NCBI GenBank assembly: GCA_963753345.1
Contig: CAVWBU010000024.1
Location: 32,001 to 96,000, forward strand
DNA: 64,000 nucleotides
Source: an uncultured Fibrobacterota bacterium
Lineage (GTDB): Bacteria > Fibrobacterota > Chitinivibrionia > Chitinivibrionales > FEN-1185
Direction of reading: 5' to 3'
The position numbers and the translations under genes were made by a program. Below the pieces are notes generated by a model. The model had not been told where the DNA came from. It searched no databases and worked only from the letters and a program-made list of their open reading frames with translations. This document shows positions 9,636-18,190 of the stretch, in pieces. Positions within the stretch are counted from its first letter, which is position 1. Each line of letters begins with the position of its first letter.

Positions 9636-10776
9636 CGTACCCACTACACCGGAGCTTTGCGAGTTTGGGTATGCTTGCACTTGCAAGTTTGAAGTACTTT
9701 TCATCTTTCTCGACACCAATACTTGAGTACCCATAAAACTCGGCAGCAGCCAAGGTAGACCCCGCCCCTGCAAAAGGGTCTAATATCTTGCCCTCGCCAA
9801 GAGGGAGTACAGCTCTGACAATCTGCCTCAGAAATGCCTGGGGCTTTAGGCTAGGATGTGGGGCTAGTGTACGCTCTGTCTGTCGTGTTGGTGCTGACGG
9901 TATTACATCTCCAAATGGCCTTTCGTCACTCGGTCGTCGGAATCCACCCGTTTTCCACTTTCGAAGGTTATCTTGCACTCGTCCTTCAATTGGTTTTCTA
10001 TATACTAGCCATGGCTCCCACATTGACCTCGGCATGACACTGATTTCTTTGAATTCTTCGTGCGCTGCCTTCGGTCTATCTCCTCCTCGCATTGTCATTG
10101 TAAGACGAATTACTTCGCCCCTTCTCTCAAGCCCTGCCTCTGACAAGGCCCCTGCTACGATATACGATAATAAGGGATTCGAAGCAACGATAACATTCGC
10201 ACCGGGTACAAGTTTAGGAAGAAGAACTTTTCCCCATCTCAGGAAAAAAGTATACAAGTCATCGAGTTGTTCTTTCGTCAATGTTGTAAAGCGTGGTAAA
10301 GGCGATCTCTTGTGGCCGTCAAAAGAAGGCGGTATTCTCCACACTCCACCTTTGCCATTTCTTAATTTCTCTTGTTGTTCAGGCGAGTATTCATGAAGAC
10401 CATAGGGTGGATCAGTTACTACTGCATGGATGCTATTGTATTCTTGCTTCTCAATCCAATCAAAGCAGTCTGCATGAAATATGATCGACTTTCCAATTTG
10501 TGCGGGCTTGTTCCAACTCGTGGGTGTATGTTTTGCTTGAATAAAAGATTCCTTGGTCTCTCGCATTCCATACATACCGCGTTCTTCGCGCACAAATTGT
10601 TGAGGCGTGTTGAGCCGAAGATAAGATCTTATAGAAGAGCCGGGGGTTGGTCCGATCATCTCACATACTTGAGTCTCAATAGCGGAAACCCCCATTGGTT
10701 TTCTACTGCTCTTCAACACTTTAATAATTGCATCACGAACCCGCCCTGGAGCACTTCTTTGACTAATCTTCTTCAT
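9598..10776 (-). CDS. N4/N6 DNA methyltransferase (beta class) with N-terminal winged-HTH-like domain
   Basis: TDPPY precedes HPSLKP and LDPFAGAGST (beta order); about 75-aa basic helical N-terminal extension. Confidence 0.9.
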   Translation of the reverse strand: MKKISQRSAPGRVRDAIIKVLKSSRKPMGVSAIETQVCEMIGPTPGSSIRSYLRLNTPQQFVREERGMYGMRETKESFIQAKHTPTSWNKPAQIGKSIIFHADCFDWIEKQEYNSIHAVVTDPPYGLHEYSPEQQEKLRNGKGGVWRIPPSFDGHKRSPLPRFTTLTKEQLDDLYTFFLRWGKVLLPKLVPGANVIVASNPLLSYIVAGALSEAGLERRGEVIRLTMTMRGGDRPKAAHEEFKEISVMPRSMWEPWLVYRKPIEGRVQDNLRKWKTGGFRRPSDERPFGDVIPSAPTRQTERTLAPHPSLKPQAFLRQIVRAVLPLGEGKILDPFAGAGSTLAAAEFYGYSSIGVEKDEKYFKLASASIPKLAKLRCSGYVTNDTPSSVEVS

Positions 10777-11082
10777 AAAGATAATATAAGACGTTTGGAC
10801 GTTTTATGTCAATACTTATTTTGTTTTTTATTTCGAATTCACGTTGCAATTTTTCAGCTGTTGGGACGTTTCGGAAAAGTCCAGGATTAACACAATGATC
10901 AAATCCTCCTCCTCTTCATCTTCCCCTGCTTCCCCCAGTCCTTCCTCTGCCAGCAGAAAAAAACCTCCCCGCTTCCTTACCACAGAAGACAAAAGAGAAT
11001 AAGAGAAAGAATAGCGCACGAGAAAAAAACCGCCCAATAAAACCAATCCCTCTTCGTATTTTTTACTGCAAACAAAACCCAC

Positions 11083-13782
11083 GTGGGGCATTCCGAGAAG
11101 GCAATACTGTTGTATTGGTCAAGCAGACATATTGCATTATCGCTGAATTGGGTTCTTATCACGACGTTCTTGTTTGCGTCCACGATCTTCGCTGACGCGC
11201 TTGACTCTGTCAAGAGCGAACCGCCGATTCTCGTCACCGACCCGCTTATTCGTACAACACCCGAGATGCTCAAGCATGGTCTTTGGGGATCTTCCTCCGT
11301 CGAGGTCGGGATCGACTCTACAGGTTCGGTAGATTCATGTACCGTTGCGCCATCGGGAAACCATGGGTTCGATTCTTTAGTCAGGTGCAACGTTGCTACA
11401 GCGCGTTTTACTCCGGCCATAGGAAACGGCCGCGCCGTGCCTTCTGCCGTCAGGTTTGAAATCGCCGTGCCCTGCGATTCACTTGTTTCACAGTGTTTGC
11501 GCCTGCCGCCTAATTTTGTTGGTACGGTGATCGACACCTTCCGAAGGAAGTCTCTCCCGGAAACGCGCATTTTTGTCCACTATACTGACACAACCCAAGA
11601 CAGTGCGGCTGCCATCGGGTTCAGTCGCTACCTTGGCCTCATTGGCGATAGGGCTGGTCAGAAGTATGACGGAACGTTGATTGTTGCCGTCACCGATTCA
11701 CTCGGACGTTTTGCATTCAGGCTTCTGCCGCGCGGGCGCTTCACCATGTCGGTACAGTCGGCAGGATACGAGGTCGGTCATTTCCGCGGCAGCATTTCCG
11801 GAGACAAACAGCAGGAAAGCCGATATATTCTCAGGTCACTGGAGGAACGTTCTCATGGCAGTGCCTATGTAATCACCGTGTACGGACGGCAGACCTTTGC
11901 CGAAAAAAAAATCGACGTTGCCGAAGAGGAGAAACATGTCGGATTCTCCCCTTTGCTGAGCAACGTCGTGCAGGCAAAGGCCGAAATCCGTCGCGTTCCC
12001 GAAGGACCGTCGATGATGCTCGTGCGGTCGGGGTGCCCGTACGACAATGTGTACGTGGTCGCCGGAGTGCCCATGCTGGCACCATTCCATTTTGGCGGTT
12101 ACCCCTATGCCGACATAGACGGCTTGATGATCTCCGCGCTATCAAATGTCAATGTAACGATAAACGATATTGCTGCCAAAATGGTGGATGCAAGCGAATG
12201 CATTGTGGCGGCCGACCCGGGAAAAATTTCGTATGATAATGACAGCGCAGCAAAAGGGTTTTATCTGAAGGGCGATTTCAGCATGCTTGGCGTAGATTTA
12301 TTGGCGGCATATTCGGCTAAGAAAAAAACGGGGGATTTTGTGCAGGTCGGGTATTCGGCGTGCGATAATTATTTGTTGAAATTTGATACTGCTTTCTACC
12401 CATCAGTCAAGCAGGGGAATCAAGAAATCGGCATCCCGCTTAACTATGGGAATGCAACTCTTGCCGGATCGAAATCCGTCGGCCCACTGCGGTGCACAGC
12501 CTTCGGATGGTTGGCGTGGGACTCGTATAAGGTGCTCCAGGCGACCACCAACCAGGGAATTCGCGACTCATTAGTATATTACGGGCTCGCCGGCAAGGCT
12601 GTCTTGCCGTGGGGAATGGGAAGCATCAAATTCACCAATGACTCCTCAAATATGTCGCTCATAATCGGTGGATCGCATCAGTTCTTTGGCACCGGAAAGC
12701 AAGTCATTTCCACCGTGTTTTCCACGCGCGCTTTCCTTAACAACGGCGAAGTAACCGCCGACTTCGACACAATCATTCGCAAACCGTTAGTGGCTAAACT
12801 CACCGCTCATGTTAGCAACGACCAATGGAACGGCTATCTCTCACGACAAGTAAATAATCAAATAGACACGATTTATCGCGCACAAGGCACAGAAACGGGT
12901 TTACACTTCAATACCTCGCTCATCAAGCAAACAGGTCGCATCACTACCGAGTTGGACCTGCTCGCTTCAGCCATCAAATATACCGACAGTATCCAACTCA
13001 TCGGCGATGCGGGAGCATCGATAACATATGAGGGTGATAACTTTCATACCGGCATCTATTTCGGTCGCATCACCTCGCGCCCCGATGTTCGCGGGCTTCC
13101 CGATTCACTTTTCAGAATGCAGCTTGATCGCACCTATGTCGCTTCTCTGCCTATCTTTTTTCGCTATGGCATGGTTACAAAACTCGGCATCGAACCCTAT
13201 TTCCGCTACAGCACGAATGCACCTCAACTTGATCCCATCAGACAAGTGTGGCAGCAAGATGGAGCGACACGAGTTTTAGCATACGGATCGGATTTCGACT
13301 TTCGTATTGTGCCGTTATCGTGGGCGGAACTTTCTGCCGCGCTTAACCTCGCCGACGCTCAAAGGCTAAGCGCAGCCGGCGACCCTCTCGCATACGAATG
13401 GAACCTTCCCTGGACAATCCGCGCCAACCTGCATCTTCATTCGAAAAGCGACCGCTTTCATCTTTATGTCGATTACATCCGCTCCCAAGGTCTGCCCTAC
13501 TACGATCTCGACAACCAGGCCTATGGAACGTTGCCGGTCTATCGTAGTCTCGATCTTAATTTTCAGATCCGCTCTATCCTTCCTCCACCGCTTCGCAATC
13601 TCTTTCATTCGAAATTATTTGTTAATAAACTCGACTGCTATATGACGTTCAAAAACGTGCAGGACCTTGTTCATATATCGAATGTGCGTGACTATTATTG
13701 GGACAGTAATGGCCGCCGCCAGCCGGTATATCTTGGATTTGGCAGGGTTGATATTGGCGCGCGATTTGGGATTAAATGGTAA
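11083..13782 (+). CDS. TonB-C domain / carboxypeptidase-regulatory-like / TonB-dependent receptor-like outer-membrane protein
   Basis: VGIDSTGSV...ARFTPAIGNGRAV (TonB-C-like), TDSLGRF Ig-like domain, VRSG...N.YVV.GVP...PFHFGG plug-like segment, beta-rich C-terminus ending in W. Start uncertain. Confidence 0.65.
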   Translation: MGHSEKAILLYWSSRHIALSLNWVLITTFLFASTIFADALDSVKSEPPILVTDPLIRTTPEMLKHGLWGSSSVEVGIDSTGSVDSCTVAPSGNHGFDSLVRCNVATARFTPAIGNGRAVPSAVRFEIAVPCDSLVSQCLRLPPNFVGTVIDTFRRKSLPETRIFVHYTDTTQDSAAAIGFSRYLGLIGDRAGQKYDGTLIVAVTDSLGRFAFRLLPRGRFTMSVQSAGYEVGHFRGSISGDKQQESRYILRSLEERSHGSAYVITVYGRQTFAEKKIDVAEEEKHVGFSPLLSNVVQAKAEIRRVPEGPSMMLVRSGCPYDNVYVVAGVPMLAPFHFGGYPYADIDGLMISALSNVNVTINDIAAKMVDASECIVAADPGKISYDNDSAAKGFYLKGDFSMLGVDLLAAYSAKKKTGDFVQVGYSACDNYLLKFDTAFYPSVKQGNQEIGIPLNYGNATLAGSKSVGPLRCTAFGWLAWDSYKVLQATTNQGIRDSLVYYGLAGKAVLPWGMGSIKFTNDSSNMSLIIGGSHQFFGTGKQVISTVFSTRAFLNNGEVTADFDTIIRKPLVAKLTAHVSNDQWNGYLSRQVNNQIDTIYRAQGTETGLHFNTSLIKQTGRITTELDLLASAIKYTDSIQLIGDAGASITYEGDNFHTGIYFGRITSRPDVRGLPDSLFRMQLDRTYVASLPIFFRYGMVTKLGIEPYFRYSTNAPQLDPIRQVWQQDGATRVLAYGSDFDFRIVPLSWAELSAALNLADAQRLSAAGDPLAYEWNLPWTIRANLHLHSKSDRFHLYVDYIRSQGLPYYDLDNQAYGTLPVYRSLDLNFQIRSILPPPLRNLFHSKLFVNKLDCYMTFKNVQDLVHISNVRDYYWDSNGRRQPVYLGFGRVDIGARFGIKW

Positions 13783-13853
13783 AAGAGATCAAATATATTC
13801 AATCGACGGCAGGAGCGGTTGATTCATCCGGTAGGCACGCGAGGCGGGTGAAG

Positions 13854-14411
13854 TCAAGCAACCGTTTGGCCCGTCATTCCCCTCTCCAAATCCATTTCCA
13901 GCAAAAACACCTTTTCCCCTTTGTACACAAGCTCGCCGATCACGCGCAGGCCGACCGCCTGGTACGGCCGCACTCTGCGCTCCGAGCACGTGCCGTACAT
14001 TTTTGTCACGCCCTTTGCGTGGAGTCTTTCCAGAAAAAACTTTGTGAACGACCTCAGGAGGGTCGCGCTGCTCATCACGTCGAGCAGGCAGAACATCTGG
14101 ATGATCTCACACACGCCAGGCGCGGCCTTGTCTATGGAGAATCCTTCGAGCTCGAGCTGCAGCGGCGAGCCGACGCCGAAATTCACCGCGGCCGCCGCCA
14201 CGATCCTTTCCCCCGTACTTGCAGTATAGATTTCCTGCGTGTCGTAGGGGATTTTCGCAACGGTCCGCTTTGATTGGCGGTCTATGGTCCAGATGCGCTC
14301 GAGGATCTCGGACGGGCCGAAGGCGCGGTACAGTGCGCGCTCGTAGGACAAACGCTGCGCATCGGACGCGGTGTCGAGGACCGAAAATACGAAGTTCTTC
14401 CGGGTTTCCAA
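13854..14411 (-). CDS. Putative GNAT-fold acyltransferase (N-acyl amino acid synthase-like)
   Basis: TTG start at 14411 with GGAG RBS; C-terminal GVTKMYGTCSERRVRPYQAVGLRVIG resembles GNAT motif B; last gene of the KS/ACP operon. Confidence 0.5.
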   Translation of the reverse strand: METRKNFVFSVLDTASDAQRLSYERALYRAFGPSEILERIWTIDRQSKRTVAKIPYDTQEIYTASTGERIVAAAAVNFGVGSPLQLELEGFSIDKAAPGVCEIIQMFCLLDVMSSATLLRSFTKFFLERLHAKGVTKMYGTCSERRVRPYQAVGLRVIGELVYKGEKVFLLEMDLERGMTGQTVA

Positions 14412-14451
14412 GAATGCTCCGCGGAAAGGGATTTTGACAAAGCGGAATGCG

Positions 14452-15561
14452 CTACAGTTCGTCGAGCTTGACCGTGAGGCTTTTTGGCATGATGGGCGGC
14501 ATTGAAATGGTATGCAGCTCGGGTCCGCGCTCCGCGCCCAGGTTGAACGTGAGCCCGGCAAACGCGATGTCCACCGGCAGAAGGGCCAGGCCCACCTGCG
14601 CGTTTAACACATAGGAAAAGCACGACGCCACAATTTCGCCCGCCTTTGCGGCGCCGCTAAACACGGACGCGCCCTTTGCAACCTCCTTGACGCCGGGAGC
14701 CGCAGACACGCCGACGATCTTGTGCGAAAGCCCTTTGGCCCTGCGCTCGAAAATCGCCGTGCTGCCCGAAAAACTTTCTTTGCCGAAATCGATCATCCAC
14801 TGCAAGCCGAGCGGAAGCGGGTCGCGCACAATCGCGCCTTCGGCGAAGATATTGAAGAACCTGCCTTCGAGCCGCAAATCGTTGTGAATGTCGACCCCGC
14901 ACAGGCCGCCCTTGTTTTCCAGCGCAAACGACAGGCACGCATCGAACAAGCCCGCGGCGTTTGCCGCAGGGGCCAAAAGGTAATAGCCGAACTCCGAGGT
15001 CTTGCCGGCCCGGAACAGCGACAGCGGCTGGCCTCCGAACTCGTAGCGCTCCACCGACAGGTAGGGCAGGCCGAGCACGTCCGCGCCGAACAGGCCCTTT
15101 GCCGCGGCCCAGGCCCTGTATCCATCGATTGACAAAAGCGCGTGGCTTTCCGAAAGGTCGACCATGCCTGCGCCCTCGGCACCCCGGGAAAGAAGCAATG
15201 CCTTGAATGCCGCATCGTCCATGATGCTTTCGGCTAAAAGGAAAAACTGTTCATCGTTGTTGGCAACATAGCAGTCGGCAATAAGGTTGCCGCCTTCGTC
15301 GGCGATAAACGTATGCAGCATGCGGCCGAACCGCACCTTTGCCACGTTGCCGGCGCACAGCGCATCGAGAAAGTCGAGCCCCTTGTCTTCCGGGAAACTG
15401 CAGCGGTGCATGTAGGAGACGTCGGTGAGCCCGAGGCCGTCGCGCACGAGGCCGTATTCGATCCTCCTATCGGAGACCTTGGAAACAACCTCGGCCCCGA
15501 GCCGTTCGGTAAACACGGCATTCTTCTTTGCAAAGCTATCGTGGAAATGCGAAGCCCTCAT
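14452..15561 (-). CDS. GcvT-like aminomethyltransferase / folate-binding protein
   Basis: EYGLVRDGLGLTDVSYM, GKTSEFGY, LRLEG and DFGKESFSG motifs of the GcvT family; ATGA-coupled to the ACP stop. Confidence 0.85.
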   Translation of the reverse strand: MRASHFHDSFAKKNAVFTERLGAEVVSKVSDRRIEYGLVRDGLGLTDVSYMHRCSFPEDKGLDFLDALCAGNVAKVRFGRMLHTFIADEGGNLIADCYVANNDEQFFLLAESIMDDAAFKALLLSRGAEGAGMVDLSESHALLSIDGYRAWAAAKGLFGADVLGLPYLSVERYEFGGQPLSLFRAGKTSEFGYYLLAPAANAAGLFDACLSFALENKGGLCGVDIHNDLRLEGRFFNIFAEGAIVRDPLPLGLQWMIDFGKESFSGSTAIFERRAKGLSHKIVGVSAAPGVKEVAKGASVFSGAAKAGEIVASCFSYVLNAQVGLALLPVDIAFAGLTFNLGAERGPELHTISMPPIMPKSLTVKLDEL

Positions 15562-15854
15562 CGTCCCGCCCCGCTTTCCGCCTTCTGGGCGAGCACGAAA
15601 TCGACCACCGTGTTGATGGACCGCAATACCGCGATGTTCTCGTCGGGGATTTTGATGCCGAAGGAGTTCTCGATGCACAAAACGATCTCAAGCGCGTCCA
15701 GGGAATCGAGGCCAAGCCCCGCTCCCAGGAGCGCGACATCCTCGTGCAGGTCCTCGGGAGTGTAGGGCAGGTTGAGCCGCCGGATGAGTTCCTGCTTGAA
15801 CGTGTCGATTACGGCGCGGCGCTTGTCGATGACCGCCTTCATTGCATCCGTCAT
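15558..15854 (-). CDS. Acyl carrier protein
   Basis: 98 aa from ATG 15854; GLGLDSLDALEI phosphopantetheine site and FGIKI. Confidence 0.92.
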   Translation of the reverse strand: MTDAMKAVIDKRRAVIDTFKQELIRRLNLPYTPEDLHEDVALLGAGLGLDSLDALEIVLCIENSFGIKIPDENIAVLRSINTVVDFVLAQKAESGAGR

Positions 15855-15859
15855 ATCGA

Positions 15860-18190
15860 TTACTCTTTCGCCTTGCCTTTGCGGAAAACCGCTGCGCAAT
15901 TGACGCCCTGCGGTGAGCTGAAAACGGTGAGAATATAGTTTTTTCCGCGCCCCTTTTCCAGGGAAGAATCGGCCAGGCCGTGCGAAAGGGCAAACAGTGG
16001 CACCGTGGCTTCCGCGTGCCCGAGCCGGGAGGAAGGATCGAGCCAAGCGGCGTCGCCCTCCCCCATCACGGCGCGGACCGCTTCGGCCCCCCGGCCTATG
16101 CTCGGGCCGCAGCACACTGTCCCGATGTCGGCCGCCGTGATTCCGGCGTTGGCAAGAGCGGTCTTGGCCGTTGCGGTCAGCATCGCTTCACCGCTATCGG
16201 GGTTCATGCAATCCCCGGTTTCCGTGGAATAGGTAACCGAACACACCGTCCCGAGCACCGCGGCGCCGCGCGCCGCTGCGCTTGATTCGGTCTCCAGCAT
16301 CACGGCGCAGGCGCCCTCGCCGTAGGGGACCCCACCGGGCGGGACCACGCCCGCCGCATGCGCGTCGGACAGAATGCGTTTGGACAGCTCGTCCACGCTC
16401 AGGCTCACGATCGCATTCGCGTGACCGTTCTCGATTGCAAACGCGGCAAACCCGAGCCCCATGAGGCCCGCGCCCGGGCCGAAGCTCAGGGTGGTGTTGT
16501 GGCCGGTGAGACGCAGCGCCTTGCATACGTTGCCGGCCACCGAATTCGGCACAACGTACGGAAACGCAGCCACCTGGTTGATGCGGAAATTGCCGCGCAG
16601 GAGCGGGACTATGTGCTCGGATTCTGCCCAGGAAGGGCCTGCGGAAATATGAAGGAACAGCCCGATATCCCTTCGGCCGCCCGGCCGCTCCGCGCCCATC
16701 GCCTGCGAAAGCGCCAGCCTTGTCGCCGCAACCGCGAAGACGCTCGACCTGTCCATGTTGCGGGTGTCGATGCGGCGGTCAATGGCGGCCATGTCGAAGT
16801 CCGGGACCATGGCCGCGCAAACAGCCGCGCCCCCGTCAATGTCAACATCCCGGAAAAGACTTTCAGAAGATTTTACTGCCGCGGCAAGGCGATCAACGCC
16901 CACGCCCGCCGGCGACACCGCGCCGATGCCGGTGATCACCACAGGTCCGGCCGATCCCCTGTCGGGCGGACACCCGGCGGAATCGGGCTTTACTTTTACA
17001 ACAATGCTTGCGTTGTTGCCGCCGAACGCAAAATTGTTCTTGAGCATGGGGCCGGAATCATCCGCGCGTCGGCCCGCGTCCGGGACGTAATCGAGGGTGC
17101 AGCCGTCGCGGCGCTCCGAAAAATGCGCCGTGGCCGGGAGTATCCCCTTTGACAGGCACAGGATGCTTGCCGTTGTTTCGAGCGCGCCCGCGGCCCCGAG
17201 GCAATGGCCGATAATTGACTTTGTGGAACTCACCGGCATCGACGCAGCCGCGGCGCCGAATGTCTTGCGGATCGCCCTGGTCTCGGCCTTGTCGTTGGCC
17301 TCGGTGCCGGTGCCGTGCGCGTTGATGTAGCGAATTGACAATGGCGAAACACCGGCGTCGGCGAGCGCGCGCTCCATGGCAAGCGACTGGCCCGCGCCCG
17401 ACGGGTCGGGCGCGGTGCAATGGTACGCGTCGTTGCTGAGCCCGAACCCGAGGATTTCGGCGTGCAGGGAAGCGCCCCTGGCCTGCGCGGCCTCCATGCT
17501 TTCCAGAACAAGAAACGCCGCGCCTTCGCCCAGGTTGAGGCCGGCGGGCTTTGAAAACGGCGCGCAGGTCCCCTCGCAGGTCGCCTTGAGACCGTCGAAC
17601 CCTGCAAGTGTAGTCTCGGCAAAGGTGTCGCTGCCCCCGGCGACTGCGGCGTCCACAACCCCCATGCGGATGAGGTCGGCGGCAATCCCTATGGCCGCGG
17701 TGCTCGCCGAGCACGCGGTGACCACCGTCGAGCTCGGGCCGGAAATGCCGAATAAATGGGCAAGCGCCTTGGCGCCGGAATAATAGCGAAGCGAGAAGAA
17801 CTCTTCTTTGGTAAGCGATATATCGCCAGCCAGCACGGCCGCATACCGGCGCTCGATGGTCTGCATGGGCCCGCTGCACGTGGCGAACACCAGCCCCATT
17901 CTCGGGCCGAGTTCGCGCGGGTCGAGGTGCGCCCGGTCGAGCGCCTCGCGGCACGCGGCGGCGGCAAAATGGACGAACTTGTCAAGAAAACGTACGTGCG
18001 GCGGCAGGAATGCGCGTTCGTCAAAGTGCCGGACAAGGCCCGCGTGCGTGGCACGGAGATGGGAAAGGTGCGGCCGGCCGATGGGCGAAAACGACGCAGC
18101 GCCCTGCGCCACGGCTTGTGCAAACGAATCGCAGTCGATCCCGGCGCTGCACACCGCGCCCATGCCGGTTACCATTACGCGCCGCCTCAC
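15860..18190 (-). CDS. Tandem beta-ketoacyl-ACP synthase: active KS fused to an inactive CLF-like KS
   Basis: TACSAS, HGTGT and KSIIGH triad in domain 1; domain 2 (VITGIGAVSPAG...) lacks the Cys (LSFGPGAG) and the His motifs. Confidence 0.9.
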   Translation of the reverse strand: MRRRVMVTGMGAVCSAGIDCDSFAQAVAQGAASFSPIGRPHLSHLRATHAGLVRHFDERAFLPPHVRFLDKFVHFAAAACREALDRAHLDPRELGPRMGLVFATCSGPMQTIERRYAAVLAGDISLTKEEFFSLRYYSGAKALAHLFGISGPSSTVVTACSASTAAIGIAADLIRMGVVDAAVAGGSDTFAETTLAGFDGLKATCEGTCAPFSKPAGLNLGEGAAFLVLESMEAAQARGASLHAEILGFGLSNDAYHCTAPDPSGAGQSLAMERALADAGVSPLSIRYINAHGTGTEANDKAETRAIRKTFGAAAASMPVSSTKSIIGHCLGAAGALETTASILCLSKGILPATAHFSERRDGCTLDYVPDAGRRADDSGPMLKNNFAFGGNNASIVVKVKPDSAGCPPDRGSAGPVVITGIGAVSPAGVGVDRLAAAVKSSESLFRDVDIDGGAAVCAAMVPDFDMAAIDRRIDTRNMDRSSVFAVAATRLALSQAMGAERPGGRRDIGLFLHISAGPSWAESEHIVPLLRGNFRINQVAAFPYVVPNSVAGNVCKALRLTGHNTTLSFGPGAGLMGLGFAAFAIENGHANAIVSLSVDELSKRILSDAHAAGVVPPGGVPYGEGACAVMLETESSAAARGAAVLGTVCSVTYSTETGDCMNPDSGEAMLTATAKTALANAGITAADIGTVCCGPSIGRGAEAVRAVMGEGDAAWLDPSSRLGHAEATVPLFALSHGLADSSLEKGRGKNYILTVFSSPQGVNCAAVFRKGKAKE

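Noticed and set aside
10900-11080. Pyrimidine-rich then purine-rich tract at the edge of the R-M island
   Set aside because: Low complexity without a clean inverted repeat, periodicity or credible ORF.
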